Source: Mizuhopecten yessoensis
Taxonomy: Eukaryota
DNA length: 64,000 nucleotides
Direction: 5' to 3'
Assembly (NCBI RefSeq): GCF_002113885.1
Contig: NW_018408039.1
Span: forward strand, 100,406 to 164,405
Position 1 is the stretch's first letter. Each line of letters opens with the position of its first letter. The notes under the pieces are model-generated. The model did no database searches. It had not been told where the DNA came from and worked only from the letters and a program-made list of their open reading frames with translations. Positions 41,550-53,872 of the stretch are shown in pieces. The position numbers and the translations under genes were made by a program.

Positions 41550-41629
41550 GAATGACACAGCTTTGAAAGCAAACAACATAATGCGCGCTAGCTCATTATG
41601 ATTTGTTTGCTTGCAAAGCTGTGACATTC
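41550..41629. repeat. Second adjacent hairpin (~37-bp arms)
   Basis: gaatgacacagctttgaaagcaaaca..cataatg / cattatg..tgtttgcttgcaaagctgtgacattc. Confidence 0.85.
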
Positions 41630-43645
41630 TCGCGCATGGACAAATACAGTGAACATCGTAAATCCGAACTTGCCCTCCACGAGGAAGTTATTTTTGGAAG
41701 TTAATTCGAACTTTTCTCTTTGCTCATTTTGTGAAGAATCTACATATGTAACGAACCCCTGTTGATCAGTGTAGTGTAACAGACGATATTTCTGATAAAT
41801 TGCATGAGCGTTAAAATTGTTTCCATTGCCGGCATTGGTGATTTCAACCGATGTGTATTTTGTACGATATTGCAGACCTTGGTCTTGTTTTCGTTGTAAT
41901 AAAAGTTTTTTTTATTTTATTTTTTATTTTGCACATAAATTTACCATGACATTGTCAAATCTCACAATGCCCAGCGATATTTCAGCAGCCGTCATGTTTA
42001 TTTATATTGGATATTGTAGTTCCGGTCAGTGTTGTATTAATACGCTAAGAATTGTGTCTCATGATGCATGGTAATTAAAGTCCCATCAACGACACAGCTT
42101 TCAAAAAGACTATATAGTGACAATGCCATGCAAATGTAAATATAAACATATATACCTCTTTATCAAAAAATATGTTACGTCTCAAATAAATTAGAATTAC
42201 TAATAGAACAACACTTACTTTTTTTTATCATATTTGAATAGGTCAGTTTTACCCATCATGAAACCCTCCCAGGTAACTCAGGTGCAATCACGGTGCTATT
42301 TTAACGTTTTGTTTACAAATTCATAAATATGACGTTCAGAAACCGAAGGAATGATGAATGAAACTTAATGTACCAAAGCTGAATATAAAAACTAACTGCT
42401 GGAATAGAAACGATGAAAAACCTGTATGACTTCGTTTGCTAAAATAAATAAATACTAATTATTATTTGCTATATATATAAAGAAAAAAAAATTGGTTGTC
42501 TTTTTAAAATGATGTAATGACGAATGATACAGACGTGTTCTAGTAATTCTATAAATAACCAAAAACACACGTCTTCTAATAACCCGCTTTGCAGAATGTA
42601 TGGATATGTCTAGATCTGAGGCGGTGAGGTACGCGTCCTCCTGAAAGAGTATGTTGTAGCAAACACCGAGGAGCTTATTCGTGATAACAGCTGCTTTTAA
42701 AGTTAAGTGTTTAAGCTATTAAAAGATAAGCTGACGATAAAATGGGTATTTAAAAGTGATATATAATTGATGACTTTCGATAAACGTTTTTAGATGTTAT
42801 GAAAAATCATGACTTTACGAAGAATTTTATATTTCATGTAAAGGATTATTTCGACATATCCCCATCTATCAAACTCACACTTTGCGCTGGTAACATTGCC
42901 TATGTCCATTATTCTACATGTAAAGCCGACTTAGACCCATTAACGACCATTTAAGAAGAATACCAAAAGCATTATCTTAAATAATGCTCATACATCAAAT
43001 TTGACAGTGGAATGTAGATAGTATATGTACACATCCTGTTATAAGGAATACATTTATAGAAGGGGCCAGGTTTTCTACATTCTTACGGTTTTCACTAAGC
43101 GTTTGCACTGTCGTGTAGGTTTTATATGTTTACCTTGCCGTAAAACCAAAAAACTGCCGCGCAAAAAAATAACCCTACACAGTCTCTTAATCTTTTTTGT
43201 CTCTTAAAAGTTTTTTCTTCTTTTTCTTTTCCTACAACTGTTTTACTTCCAGTGTGGCCTCTGCAGATTCAGACAAAAAAACTGTTCTGTCTCATTTCAT
43301 ACAAAATCGGGGATTTTCTTCTTATTTATTATATAGGGGACTTTGTAAAAATAAAAGAAATAATCTGATGCCCCATCGCGAAAATCTGGATATCTCTCTT
43401 TTCTTCTCTCTCCTCTGTAATCCTCCATTTTAGCGGTGCCTCCCTAGTCTTCTGTCTCTTAATGGTTGTAGTTAACATTGCCAGTATATGTACCTACGGT
43501 TTACCCAGTCTGTTTGTCTTTTCATGACTTACGTTTTACTGATGAATTTAAAATTAAACATCAAATCAAAACGTATTGATAATGAACCAAGAGACCAGTA
43601 TCAGTCATAATAAAAGACGTCTGTTCAGTACGTCTAAGATTATTA

Positions 43646-43860
43646 TTTTTTGTATTTTACGTCCTATTAACAGCTATGGCCAATTAAGGACGTGCCAGGT
43701 TTTGGTGGTGGAGGAAAGCCGGAGTTCCCGGAGAAAAACTACCGACCTACAGCCAGTTCCTGGCGACTGCCCCACGTAGGCCTCGAACCTGCGACCCAGT
43801 GGTGGAGGGCTAGTGTTAGCAGAATGTCAGACGCCTTAACCACTTGGCCATCTGGGCCCC
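43646..43860 (-). mobile_element. Full-length tRNA-derived V-type SINE
   Basis: Minus strand: ggggcccagatggccaagtggttaaggcg (A box), ggttcgaggcc (B box), tttctccgggaactccggctttcctcc (V-domain-like), tail gctgttaataggacgtaaaa. Confidence 0.85.
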
Positions 43861-44899
43861 TCAGTGCGTTTAACAATGGTGGTGACATACGTATACATAT
43901 TTTTGTTGTTGATTTGACACGACATCATATTTGGTACAACAACTGGTAAAGAAAATTCATGCGTTGTTTTTTCTTTAATAATAATTTCTCATTTAATTCC
44001 AGTGTGCTGATGCCTTTATTCATTTCATTACTTGATAGCATAACATTTGTATGTCTTTATCACTAATATGTTGTCGAGATTTTGCATGTGAAAAATAACA
44101 GGAGTCGCGTAACTTTCCCGTTTGAACAACTACACTACAGTAACTTGTAGTAAATACCGTTCGACGCCACTCAGACTCTAGTGATTGAACATTCACATCT
44201 TTCAGCGCAGTGTTACAATGTCACGGAAAACGTTATCAAAATCCTATATATACAGCCATGTCAAAAAGGTATTATTTGCTCGACATAATGTTTAATTTGA
44301 AATCTCGTTTCAGGGGATTAGTTGCAGGGATATTGTAAGCAGCACAATTATTGATGTCACGAAATCTGTCTTAGTACATGTAGTATTGTTCACATCTTTG
44401 ACATTTCGTGTATTAGGCAAATTTGATATGTGAACGTTAGTTGATAATAAGATTATACCATGCTTAACGCGCTTCCGTTTTATCATAACCACATGTGCAA
44501 AATTGCTGGATCCAATGAATCTGTCCGCCTTTATCCCGAAGAAATCATTGACGCTATGCAATTGTCATGGCCTCTTCTCCGCTGCTTTGCATTAATATTT
44601 TCCCATTTAAAGCAATTTTAATTTCATAAACACTTCCTTGAAAAATCTGGGTTGACGTTTGTTTGTCCATAGTTTCTGTTTCCAAACAGCTAGTCATATT
44701 TCAACAGTGTCAATAGACGATAGAGTCACATGCTCGAGGACCATTTTAAACTGTCATCACACACTCCACCGAGTCAATTTCTTATGACAATAGCCATCCA
44801 AAAGTGCCTAAAAAGGCAGAGTAGGTAGGCGAGGAAAGACAAAGAGGTTCTTGGTACTGGAATTCGGTTCTATTTGGTTTTATATTTTCCAACTAATTC

Positions 44900-45145
44900 A
44901 TTTGGTTGGTCGGTTGTACCATCCTATCAGCCGCTAAGGTCGTTTAAGGACGTGCCTCAATGCCAGTAATGTACATGTATCCATGCGTGTGTGGATGTGT
45001 GCTTGAGCATGGCACGTTAGTGTAATTTACTCCTTTGCAATATCGCGGATCTGATGCCGAAGCACTCGGCAAAGCATTCCGCCCGGTCACATTATATGTT
45101 GACAACGGGTGGACTAGTTTTTGCCATTGTTCTCAATGCTTAACG
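44900..45145 (-). mobile_element. Decayed Meta-type SINE, 3' part
   Basis: cccggtcacattat..tgacaacggg and atcgcggatctgatgcc match the SINE at 53423-56897 in reverse. Confidence 0.7.
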
Positions 45146-46390
45146 TTTACTATTGTTTGAAACAGCTGACTACAATTTGTAAGATGAGGTAGATTACCGA
45201 ACGCCTGTGAAATGTCTGACTTTCACTTCGTTAATTTTGTATTAATTACGGTATGAGTTGTCTTGTAAAAGTTGAGATATCCATTTGTATAAAAAAAAAT
45301 CAAGATTTCATAATAAAATGTTAAAATTAATGGCTCGGGACCAGTTATCATGAATTATCGCAATTAATTTAGGTAAACGTATTGAGTTGATCGAACTTTT
45401 ACCAGCTAAGGTAATTTAACTCCACGTGTTCAATATGGTACAATATCTACGAATATGCGTCAGCATGCGTGTTTGTGTGGTGGTGTATTTGCCAAGCAAA
45501 GCATTGCCAAGTAAGGCGTAAGGAAAAGAAAAAGTTGCTAGAATCGAAAAAAGCTTAAAAATCACAAATGTTGCAATGTGAACGCAACTGAATATTTTTT
45601 GTCGTTTTTGTGACTCCAAGAATAGAGCTCAAAGTAATTTGACATATGCAGGGCGTCTCCACATTAGTCGTCCCCTACGAATCATGCAGTGTGTAACAGC
45701 AGGTGTTCTTCTTTCAAAATTCCCGATCTACACGGGTGTCATTCGATTACTCTGTGCAAGTGCGTTTTCTCCAAAACTTCGGGGTTACTGTCAAAGATGG
45801 ACGAACTATGTCAGGTTGCAAACGTCCACAAAATTATTTAGACGAAATAGGACCTTTCTATTTAGGTTTCGTCTTCCAATATATGTTGACAAATATTCTC
45901 TCTTAGAAATATTTCGGAAAAACAAGCTGTTTTCCGACCGTCTTCAACTTCAAATAAATCGAACAACAGTATGAGAAACTCGTGTGGACAAACTTGCGCA
46001 AGGAAGTCAACAAAACGACCGAATTTATACCGTTAGGAAGTGCAAACAGCCAAAAATGAAGAGGCATCAAAAGTACTTCTGATTCCTGCTTGCATTCGTT
46101 TAAAAAATAATACCGCTATGTAGTTGACAGCAACTAATTCCTAAATATTTGTATTATGCTCGTTATCGCTCATTCTAACGACCAATATTGAATATTTCAG
46201 CATGGTTTTTGCACAAGGAAGGCATGTTCCATGTACGAGAACTCAATCACATTGTCATTTGTCCAAAAAAAATCTAAACTGATGAATTAATCAATTCATG
46301 ATGAATGGTCCTCTCATGCTGGCAAAACAGCCGAAAATGTTCGATCATTTAGTATGACTTTAGATTCAAACTTTTATGGAAAAAGATATA

Positions 46391-46597
46391 CTGTATACCA
46401 GAATATTTTCGCCGAGTCAGTTATTTGCCGTTCCAAAATAAAATCAACTTTCGCTCGATAGAAACATTCGCCATTCATATTTAATAACTTCGTGTTTTAT
46501 GTCGTTTACAAATGTTCGCTGTAATGATACATTCGCTCTCGTAAGATGGGCAAAAAAAGCTAATTTTAAACAGCAACGAACTTTTTCCAGTATACAG
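46391..46597. mobile_element. TA-target MITE
   Basis: ta|ctgtataccagaatattttcg ... cgaactttttccagtatacag; internal ttcgc repeats. Confidence 0.65.
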
Positions 46598-46911
46598 AAA
46601 TTCATTTAGGAATTTCTTATAAAAAAAACCCAAAAATTCCTGCCAAATTTCACGATAACTCATTGCAACCCAGTCTTATTGAAAATTAAATACTATAAAC
46701 ACAGACTTGTGGTCGAGGAACATTGACATGCTCCTGTAATTCATAGGTCCAGTTCCTGGCACCTCCGTTCTATGATATCCATGTTACATGAACAGCAGTT
46801 GGACTGCAAGCAAACTGATTCACTAACCTGGAACCTCGTTTTGGATATAAACGCCTAAGCTTGCTCTCCAACTGGAATAACAGAAATCTTACACAACCCA
46901 GAGTTACATTG

Positions 46912-47579
46912 TTTAGGTCCCATTATGTATATTCTGGAACTTCTACTGTATACTGAGTTACGTTTAATACAACCCAGAGTATAGGTAGTATAACAAGTCT
47001 GGTTTTACGCATTTAAATAAAGCATAAAGTACATATGTAGAATACTTATCAACCGTTAGGCTACTTCAGAATAGAGTGAAGTATTTATTTGTTTTCTCCA
47101 ACTGTGCTGCATGATAATACAGAAAGTATTAAGACCCCTGCCCATCACCCTATACTTCTTACACACACCATGGTACACAGCGATTATGATATAGTGACAT
47201 ATGACAGGTATATGTACATAAATACATGTACTGGTCAAGACTAGCAAACTGACAACAAATGCACATTTTGGTTTTGTTAGGTTTCATTTGGTTTAGGGTC
47301 CTATTAAAGTGTAGGCCATTTAAGGAACTACATGTGTTTAATTTATGTTTGTTTTTTCTTAATCATGCCAAAGGCACACAGAAAAGTATTCCACCCAGTC
47401 ACATTAAACTGACAGCGGGTCAACAAGATGTTGTCATTACCCTATATGATGAACTTTAAGCAAGGGATAGCATGTCCAAGCCTTGAAAGATTCTAAATAT
47501 AGACTGATCAATCAAAACGTCTTCCGGTCATACTTGTAATTACAGTAGAAGCTCCAGGTTATACATAATGGGACCTAAA
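46912..47579. repeat. Pair of ~39-bp inverted repeats resembling Tc1/pogo TIRs, with termini facing inward
   Basis: tttaggtcccattatgtatattctggaacttctactgta (46912-46950) vs tacagtagaagctccaggttatacataatgggacctaaa (47541-47579). Confidence 0.8.
47265..47460 (-). mobile_element. Decayed Meta-type SINE fragment
   Basis: gtcctattaa..ggccatttaagga tail and cacccagtcacattaaactgacagcggg Meta-like segment. Confidence 0.6.
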
Positions 47580-47971
47580 GACCCGTTTTACCAAACGCTA
47601 GTATAATGTGCCAAGTACAATAACACACAATGAAGCTATTCGATCGACAAGTATATACAGCACTTTGTTATTGATTATAGCTTATTACAACTCCTGCAAC
47701 CATCGAAATATTAATTATGTGATGGAGGATAGACAACGATATGGCTAATTACGGTCACTACTGTACAAACTTTCGACGACACTGTAAGTTGGAACATTTA
47801 TCAATAAACCAAATAGTATGAAATTTAGTAACTCATCCCAACGTGTAGCAGCGATAAGAAAGATGGGTAAAGTTGGAAAGGAGATGAGGTACAAATATGA
47901 AAAGAACAATGTTGCCTGGACTTACACACCAATTCGCTTGCGGAACAACTTCTATATAGGAACGATACATA

Positions 47972-48096
47972 TTTAACAGGAGAAGAAATGCATGTCAAGA
48001 CTGGAGTTCGAACCTTGGACCTCCGAACTCTAGACGGACGCCCTGACCAATTAAGCTACCTGATCGCCGACGATCGACCCAGTCCAGTTCCGCTAT
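47972..48096 (-). mobile_element. ~125-bp tRNA-containing element with decayed LTR-like ends (solo LTR of a tRNA-bearing non-autonomous LTR element, Ajax-like)
   Basis: Minus strand tagcggaactggactgggtcgatcgtcggcgatcag-GTAGCTTAATTGGTCAGGGCG (A box)..GGTTCGAACTCC (B box)..tttcttctcctgttaa; tRNA part is internal; no SINE body or tail. Confidence 0.55.
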
Positions 48097-49123
48097 GCCT
48101 ACATTTTACATATCTAATGCATCACGCTGACAGGACGGCTTAATCGGGAGGCTAACCTCATCTGAGAGTTACAACCGAATATAGCAGTACGCACAACCAT
48201 TATCGCTCTGCTGACACGTGAAAAAAAGTAACCTCAACAAAATAGTCTGCTTTAAAATATATACGGAACGATAGACCGAACTATTGGCTCATCCCAGAAT
48301 AAGGGCCTTTTAAAAAGCAGCTAATACACATTACGACAAGTACTTTTGCCAAGTTGGCAGAATAGGACAACAAACAGTCTTTCAAGTGAACTTATTATAT
48401 TGCCATAAAGGTCAAACAATATCACAAAAGGAATCTATAGGCGACAATTATCGTTGGACACCAAATGGCGTAATAACACGATATATTATACCAGCATTTG
48501 TCGTTTAAATGACTTTGTATGGTTCATTTGTACAGACGTTGTAAGTTAGATATATTTTTCCGACATTAGATATATGTAAATATCATGGAGAAAGCCGACA
48601 ATATATTAAAGGAAGATAAAGAGAATCTTGCTATTCTCACTTCGTTTGCAACACGATTTCTCATCCCTTCAAGATTTCTTACCCGTTAGAAAAAGCAATT
48701 GGAGAAGGCATATTAGCCATTGAGATGTAAATAAAATGATTCGATTTGGGGGAGTTGTGATCTGTATGGCTTATTTAACCCTTTCCAAACAATTAAGCAA
48801 CCTCTTTTCCAACTTTTAATATAATCGCTTATCAGAGGGACAACGCATTACTTAAGATCTTCTTTACTTCATTTTTCACTTTTTTTCTCACTCTTAACAT
48901 TTTTATGAACACGATCGTCGATACTAAACTAGGAAAATATGGCGGATTAATATTCCGGACTAAAATAAATTATTTGTTAATTGGACAAATTTCTTGGAAG
49001 CAAAATGATCTCAAGTTCACCATAAATGTTATAATGTTTAATATATATAACATTATACATTGTTATGCTCCCAATATATACAGTCTGTTCATACTTTATG
49101 ATGGGGAATACAATGCTTGCTTG

Positions 49124-49480
49124 TAATAATGATAATAATAAATAATAATTCGAGTTTCTTATATAACGCATTATCACAACAAAGTTAATAGGTCGTCTCA
49201 AAGCGGTTCACAAATTTTTATCCGTGGTTATAGGGCCTTTGCAACCAATATCTTTCTCAACTCCCTGAGGAGCATACAGACGATGATGCCATTTCCTCGC
49301 TCACAGCTAGCATTCTACAATTCTAGCACTGCCCAACCACGTATTCATTTATAGCGGAGTAGACTGGAACAAACGGAGTTAATTATCTTGCTCAAAAATA
49401 CAATACAGTGCTGTGCCGTGACTCGTACCCGCAACCCTTCGATCACGAGTCCAGCGTCCTACCACTAGACTACCGTGCCT
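49124..49480 (-). mobile_element. Full-length CORE-SINE copy
   Basis: Same family as 16236-16590. Confidence 0.9.
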
Positions 49481-49985
49481 TTCCTGACCCACATTTTACA
49501 TCTCTGTGACTAGTTCGTGCTGAACAGTTATGTTTTTGTACCCTTTAGTCTCTAAGTTGTCCTACCTATTGCAAATCTGACTATTGCCTGAGTGCGTGGT
49601 AAAATATAGTTCTACATCACGAAAATTAGTTCATAGCTTGAAACTTTTTGAGCAGCATATTAGTATACAGAATATATCGTATGTGTTCGTTACTCCTTCT
49701 CATTAATGCATGCTATTATGATACACTAGGCAATTAAGAAAATTTCGTAACTAGGTCCTTAATGGAAGGAGGTATAATGAAAGAGATATATTGTTATAAC
49801 AGCGGAGTAATTTGATATAAAAAGTCCTCCGTTTAATGGACGTGTATAGCGCCGGTCGGTATATATATATGGTGGTAGTTAATTACGGTCAGCAGATGTT
49901 GTTGGATAATTGGTACAAGTTTTTGTTTTGAGTTCTAAGTAGTGATTCTTGAATGAATGGATATCAAGATAACGAACCATGGATT

Positions 49986-50220
49986 GTCGGTTGCGCAGTG
50001 TATAACACACTCGCCTTTCAACAAGGCGGCCGGAGTTTGATTCCCCGGTCGGAAATGAAAAGGTAAGGGTCATCTACCCGACCAGATTAGTTTTCTCCCG
50101 GTTCTTCAGTTTACTCGTACATTAAGACCCTCGCGCGCACTAAGATCTGGGCCAACAAGAGTAACCAATACATATTGCAATAGCTTTTATCGTATTTGTT
50201 GTAAAATAAATAAAGTTCAA
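49986..50220 (+). mobile_element. tRNA-derived (Glu-like head) V-type SINE with a CR1-like tail
   Basis: ttgcgcagtgtataacac (A box region), cgcctttcaacaaggcg arm, ggagtttgattcc (B box), ttttctcccggttcttcagttt (V-like), tail ttgcaatagctttt..ttgttgtaaaataaataaagtt. Confidence 0.75.
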
Positions 50221-50508
50221 ATTCATCTTACGATTTTGAACTCTTGAAGATTGTTTCTTTCAACAGCTTTGTTTCACGTCGCAATACATTCTACAGGACT
50301 AAAGATGTTTGGAATTTAAGAATTTAGAAACGAAAGTAATCATATGGTGAAAAAAATCAAAAACTACAGCATTAGATCTCGGAACGTATACACAGCCCAT
50401 CCAACACTTTTGCTATAGACCATGAATTACAATTTATGTAGCAGCAAAATGAGAAATGAGTACCTTGACGACGATAATAACTCTTAGCCACATATTTCTA
50501 AAAAAAAA

Positions 50509-50718
50509 TTGCAACCAGCCAATATCTTTCTCAGCTTCCTGGGAGGCATACAGCCGGTGCATTAAGCAGCTAGCATTCAACAGTTCTTGCACTGTCCAAC
50601 CACGTACTCATTTACAGCCGAGTAGACTGGAACAAGCGGATTAAAGTATCCGTTGCCCAAAGATTCAACACAGTGCCGTGCCGGGACTCGAAACCGCAAC
50701 CCTTCGGTCACGAGCCCG
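50509..50718 (-). mobile_element. Truncated CORE-SINE copy
   Basis: gtactcatttacagccgagtagactggaacaagcgga..ccttcggtcacgagcccg. Confidence 0.85.
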
Positions 50719-51546
50719 ACAGAGAGAGCTAAATGTCATGCGATAAAATATCTCCAGACACACCAGCTTACATGTACAAAGATATCTGTTTTGACGCACG
50801 CACTGTAAGAAAAAATTGCGAGACTCTATTATACTCTTATGGCATTTGCATTTATGACCGAATACGAGAGCAAAGGGGGCAATAAAAACACAAATGATGT
50901 ATTAAAATATATATATTTCTATCAAACTAATTATTTGCTCGTCACTGTTGCCCTTTGAGAATAATTACCTGTTTATAGACGGAAATACCATACAGAATGT
51001 CATAGACGTCACACGGATAGAGTACGCAGTGTTTTTATTCAATAAGCCAACATGAATTTATAGCCACCGTCCGGTGGGTTGGAAAACAAGCTTAAGGCTA
51101 GTATAAATTCCATGAATACATGTTTAAATCACAGAGCCGATCTAGCCTGCACTTAAGATAGCCCGTCCTATTGACGAATGTCGCCCCTTGTATAAAAAAC
51201 CTGCCATCCAGCCCCATCCCCGACCCATGTTCGAAAGGGTTTAGAAATCATGCGAACAACATAATAACCCGTAAAGTTAGGTTGCATATTTTTTAAGGTA
51301 ATGAAATGTAGTTGTCCGAAACTTTTGTGTTTTAAGATAGAAATAAGAAAAAAAAAAACACCCAGAAACTCATTTTGAATGCACGTCGCCAATGTTGACA
51401 TTAGGTTTCAAATGCGCATTAAAACAATTTATACACGGAGTTTACAAAACCTATGAGAAACCAATGAACTATGAAATATGCGTAGCCAGACAGGAGATTT
51501 CACTCTAAGCCGAATAAAAAGACATGTTAGTTGCTTTATCTGTCAT

Positions 51547-51886
51547 AACAATAATTCCACTGAAGTGGATGTGTCGCCTGCGCAGGAAGCTGGGAGATTG
51601 TTCTTAGCATAGCATGAAGTTTGAGTTTGATTGGCCCAAGGAAACTGAAGTTATCGCACGCAAACAGATTTTCTATTTATAGTAACAGTGACCTTGACCT
51701 TTGACCTTCGGACCTGAAAAGCAATCCCAATCAAGCACTTTTAATAAGGAAGCAATGCATGAAGTTTGAGTTTGATCAGCCCAAGACAACTCAAGTTATC
51801 GCACGAAAACCTCTGTGCAGACGACGCCGCCGACGCCGACATAGCAATACCTATGTTTCACCAGCTTTTCGCAGGCGACACAAAAA
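51547..51886 (-). mobile_element. Helentron-associated interspersed element (HINE / pearl-like)
   Basis: Minus-strand 5' end ttttgtgtcgcctgc (subTIR with inner IR), then a (gtcggc)n microsatellite and ~145-bp core repeats (51612, 51757) carrying tgaccttgacctttgacc; 3' subTIR gcaggcgacac plus hairpin tccacttcagtgga and ttgtt. Confidence 0.85.
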
Positions 51887-52002
51887 GGGAGAATACACCT
51901 CCTACAATAAATAAGTAAAAATGAATGGATAAACAAAATTCTGAGTTGAGCACTTCTTTGCGACTATAACTGATTCAGGGGTACCGTGCACCTTAATTTT
52001 AC

Positions 52003-52254
52003 CCAGTCTACTCAGCTGTAAATGAGTACGTGGTTGGGCAGTGCTAGAGTTGTAGTATGCTAGCTGTGAGCGCCGAAATGGCCGCACCGGCTGTATGCTC
52101 CCCAGGGAGTTGAGCAAGATATTGGCTGGTTGCAAAGGCCCTACATTTTTGTATAACCGCGGATAATAATTTGTAAACCGCTTTGAGACGAACTACGCAC
52201 TAGTGGGTGATAAAGCGGTATATAAGAACCTCGAATTACTAATTACTATTATTA
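52003..52254 (+). mobile_element. 5'-truncated CORE-SINE copy
   Basis: ccagtctactcagctgtaaatgagtacg...aaagcggtatataagaacctcgaatta. Confidence 0.88.
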
Positions 52255-53422
52255 AGTTGGTCTTACAAGTGTATAAAGCCGCCGTATAATAAAATCCTGT
52301 GATAACGTTACGTATTTCTGGGTCATTACAATGCCTGTTTTGACCACTTTTGAATTAATGTAAATTTATGTCGTTAAATGCGTTAATAATGTGTAACAAC
52401 CAATCAATAATCCTTTAATCAATATTATGTTAATACATAACTTTAAACTTATGTCGAGGCGAACAACAATACCCGTTTGTATCAAACTAATCCTGCCATT
52501 AGGCATAAGCCAGCGTGCCGGAAATCAAAGTACAGAATTGGATCACTTCGCCCTTTTCCGTCCCATGCTCGGAAAATACAGAAATAGTCGAGCGGGGTCC
52601 GATTGTAATAGTGAATGATATCCAAAAAAATACCCCTGCTTGAAAGAAAACGGATGTCAAAAGAGGTGTCAATCCTTATGGGAGTCGACCCCTAAGGGAA
52701 ATCCGTTTTAGCCTTGACCCCTGACGAAGTTAATCAGACAAGGATATACTTTTACACGACCTGCTTGTTTATCGCAGACTAATGATCATGGTGTTATGGT
52801 CCGGGATTTTTTTGTCCACGAGGGATACAAGCACTAGCAATTCCTATCGGGAACCGTCGACACTTTCCGTAAACGAGATTGACACATGTGTTTATATAGA
52901 CACAAGGAATGACAAAATCGTAACAGACCAACCAGATTTGACTTTCTGTCTAACAAAAAACCCTCAATTTTATAAAAGATCATTCTTACGATTACTTCTT
53001 ATAAATACAACTGATTATTATCTCCTAATAATTTTGATGTTGTATTAAAATATTCATAAAGTGTAGTTTATGATAAAAAAGTAATAAAACGACCAGTTCT
53101 ATATCGTTTGCCGTAACAATATTCTACAAGGTATTTTTACCAGCCCAAGGGCCGGGTGCCATCGGGTCTAATATGAGAATCTGGATCATATTGATACACA
53201 TGTATAGACGTAGGAAATAGAAACGCTTTTTAATGACATGTAATATCCTCGTAAAAATACAGAGAAAAAATCATCTTTTTGACTAAATCTTTATCTATCA
53301 CTTTGTTAGGAATTATACCTGCTGCCCCCATAGCATTATCGTAAGAGTGGACTTAATTTGGGATCTTATCTTTTCTCTTGTTTCTTAACAACTTTCTTCT
53401 TCCTAATGTCTACCTTGACAAT

Positions 53423-53666
53423 GCCTCACTTTTGGCTTTTAGTTGAGCGTTTGTCCCTGTGAGGAAGGCTTTGGGTTCTATCCCCTGGCCGAGACATACC
53501 AGAGTCTGTAAGAATGGTAGTTTCTACTCCTGCTTAATTAACGCTCATCAATTTAAGAGTAGGACGACTGGTTCGCCCGTTGTCAGTATAATGTGACCGG
53601 GTGGGGTATCCTGCTGGGTGTCTTCGGCAGCATGTTTCAGTGAGCTAGCACTATAAAGTCTGCATC
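53423..53666 (+). mobile_element. Meta-type SINE, 5' half (interrupted by the LINE)
   Basis: Degenerate tRNA head (gggttctatcccc B-box-like), then cataccagagtc..aatggtag..gactggttcgcccgttgtcagtataatgtgaccgggtgggg. Confidence 0.8.
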
Positions 53667-53667
53667 T

Positions 53668-53872
53668 TTTAAGAGGAAAATATGGTTATACAACAGAGCA
53701 GATATCTTAAATCTTAAAACAGAGGTAGGACAGGTAAATTGGATAGATTTGTTTTCTCATGCGGACAATGTAAGCGAAAAATGTAAACTGTTCACTGACA
53801 AAATAATTTCTATTTTAGAAAAGCATATTCCTAAAAAAAATTGTTACTGTTAATAAAAACGACAAACCATGG
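53668..53872 (+). pseudogene. Frameshifted upstream part of LINE ORF2 (post-endonuclease linker)
   Basis: Reads FKRKIWLYNRADILNLKTEVGQVNWIDLF..KHIPKK; removing one A from the A8 run at 53833-53840 joins it to IVTVNKNDKPW-MNG. Confidence 0.85.
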
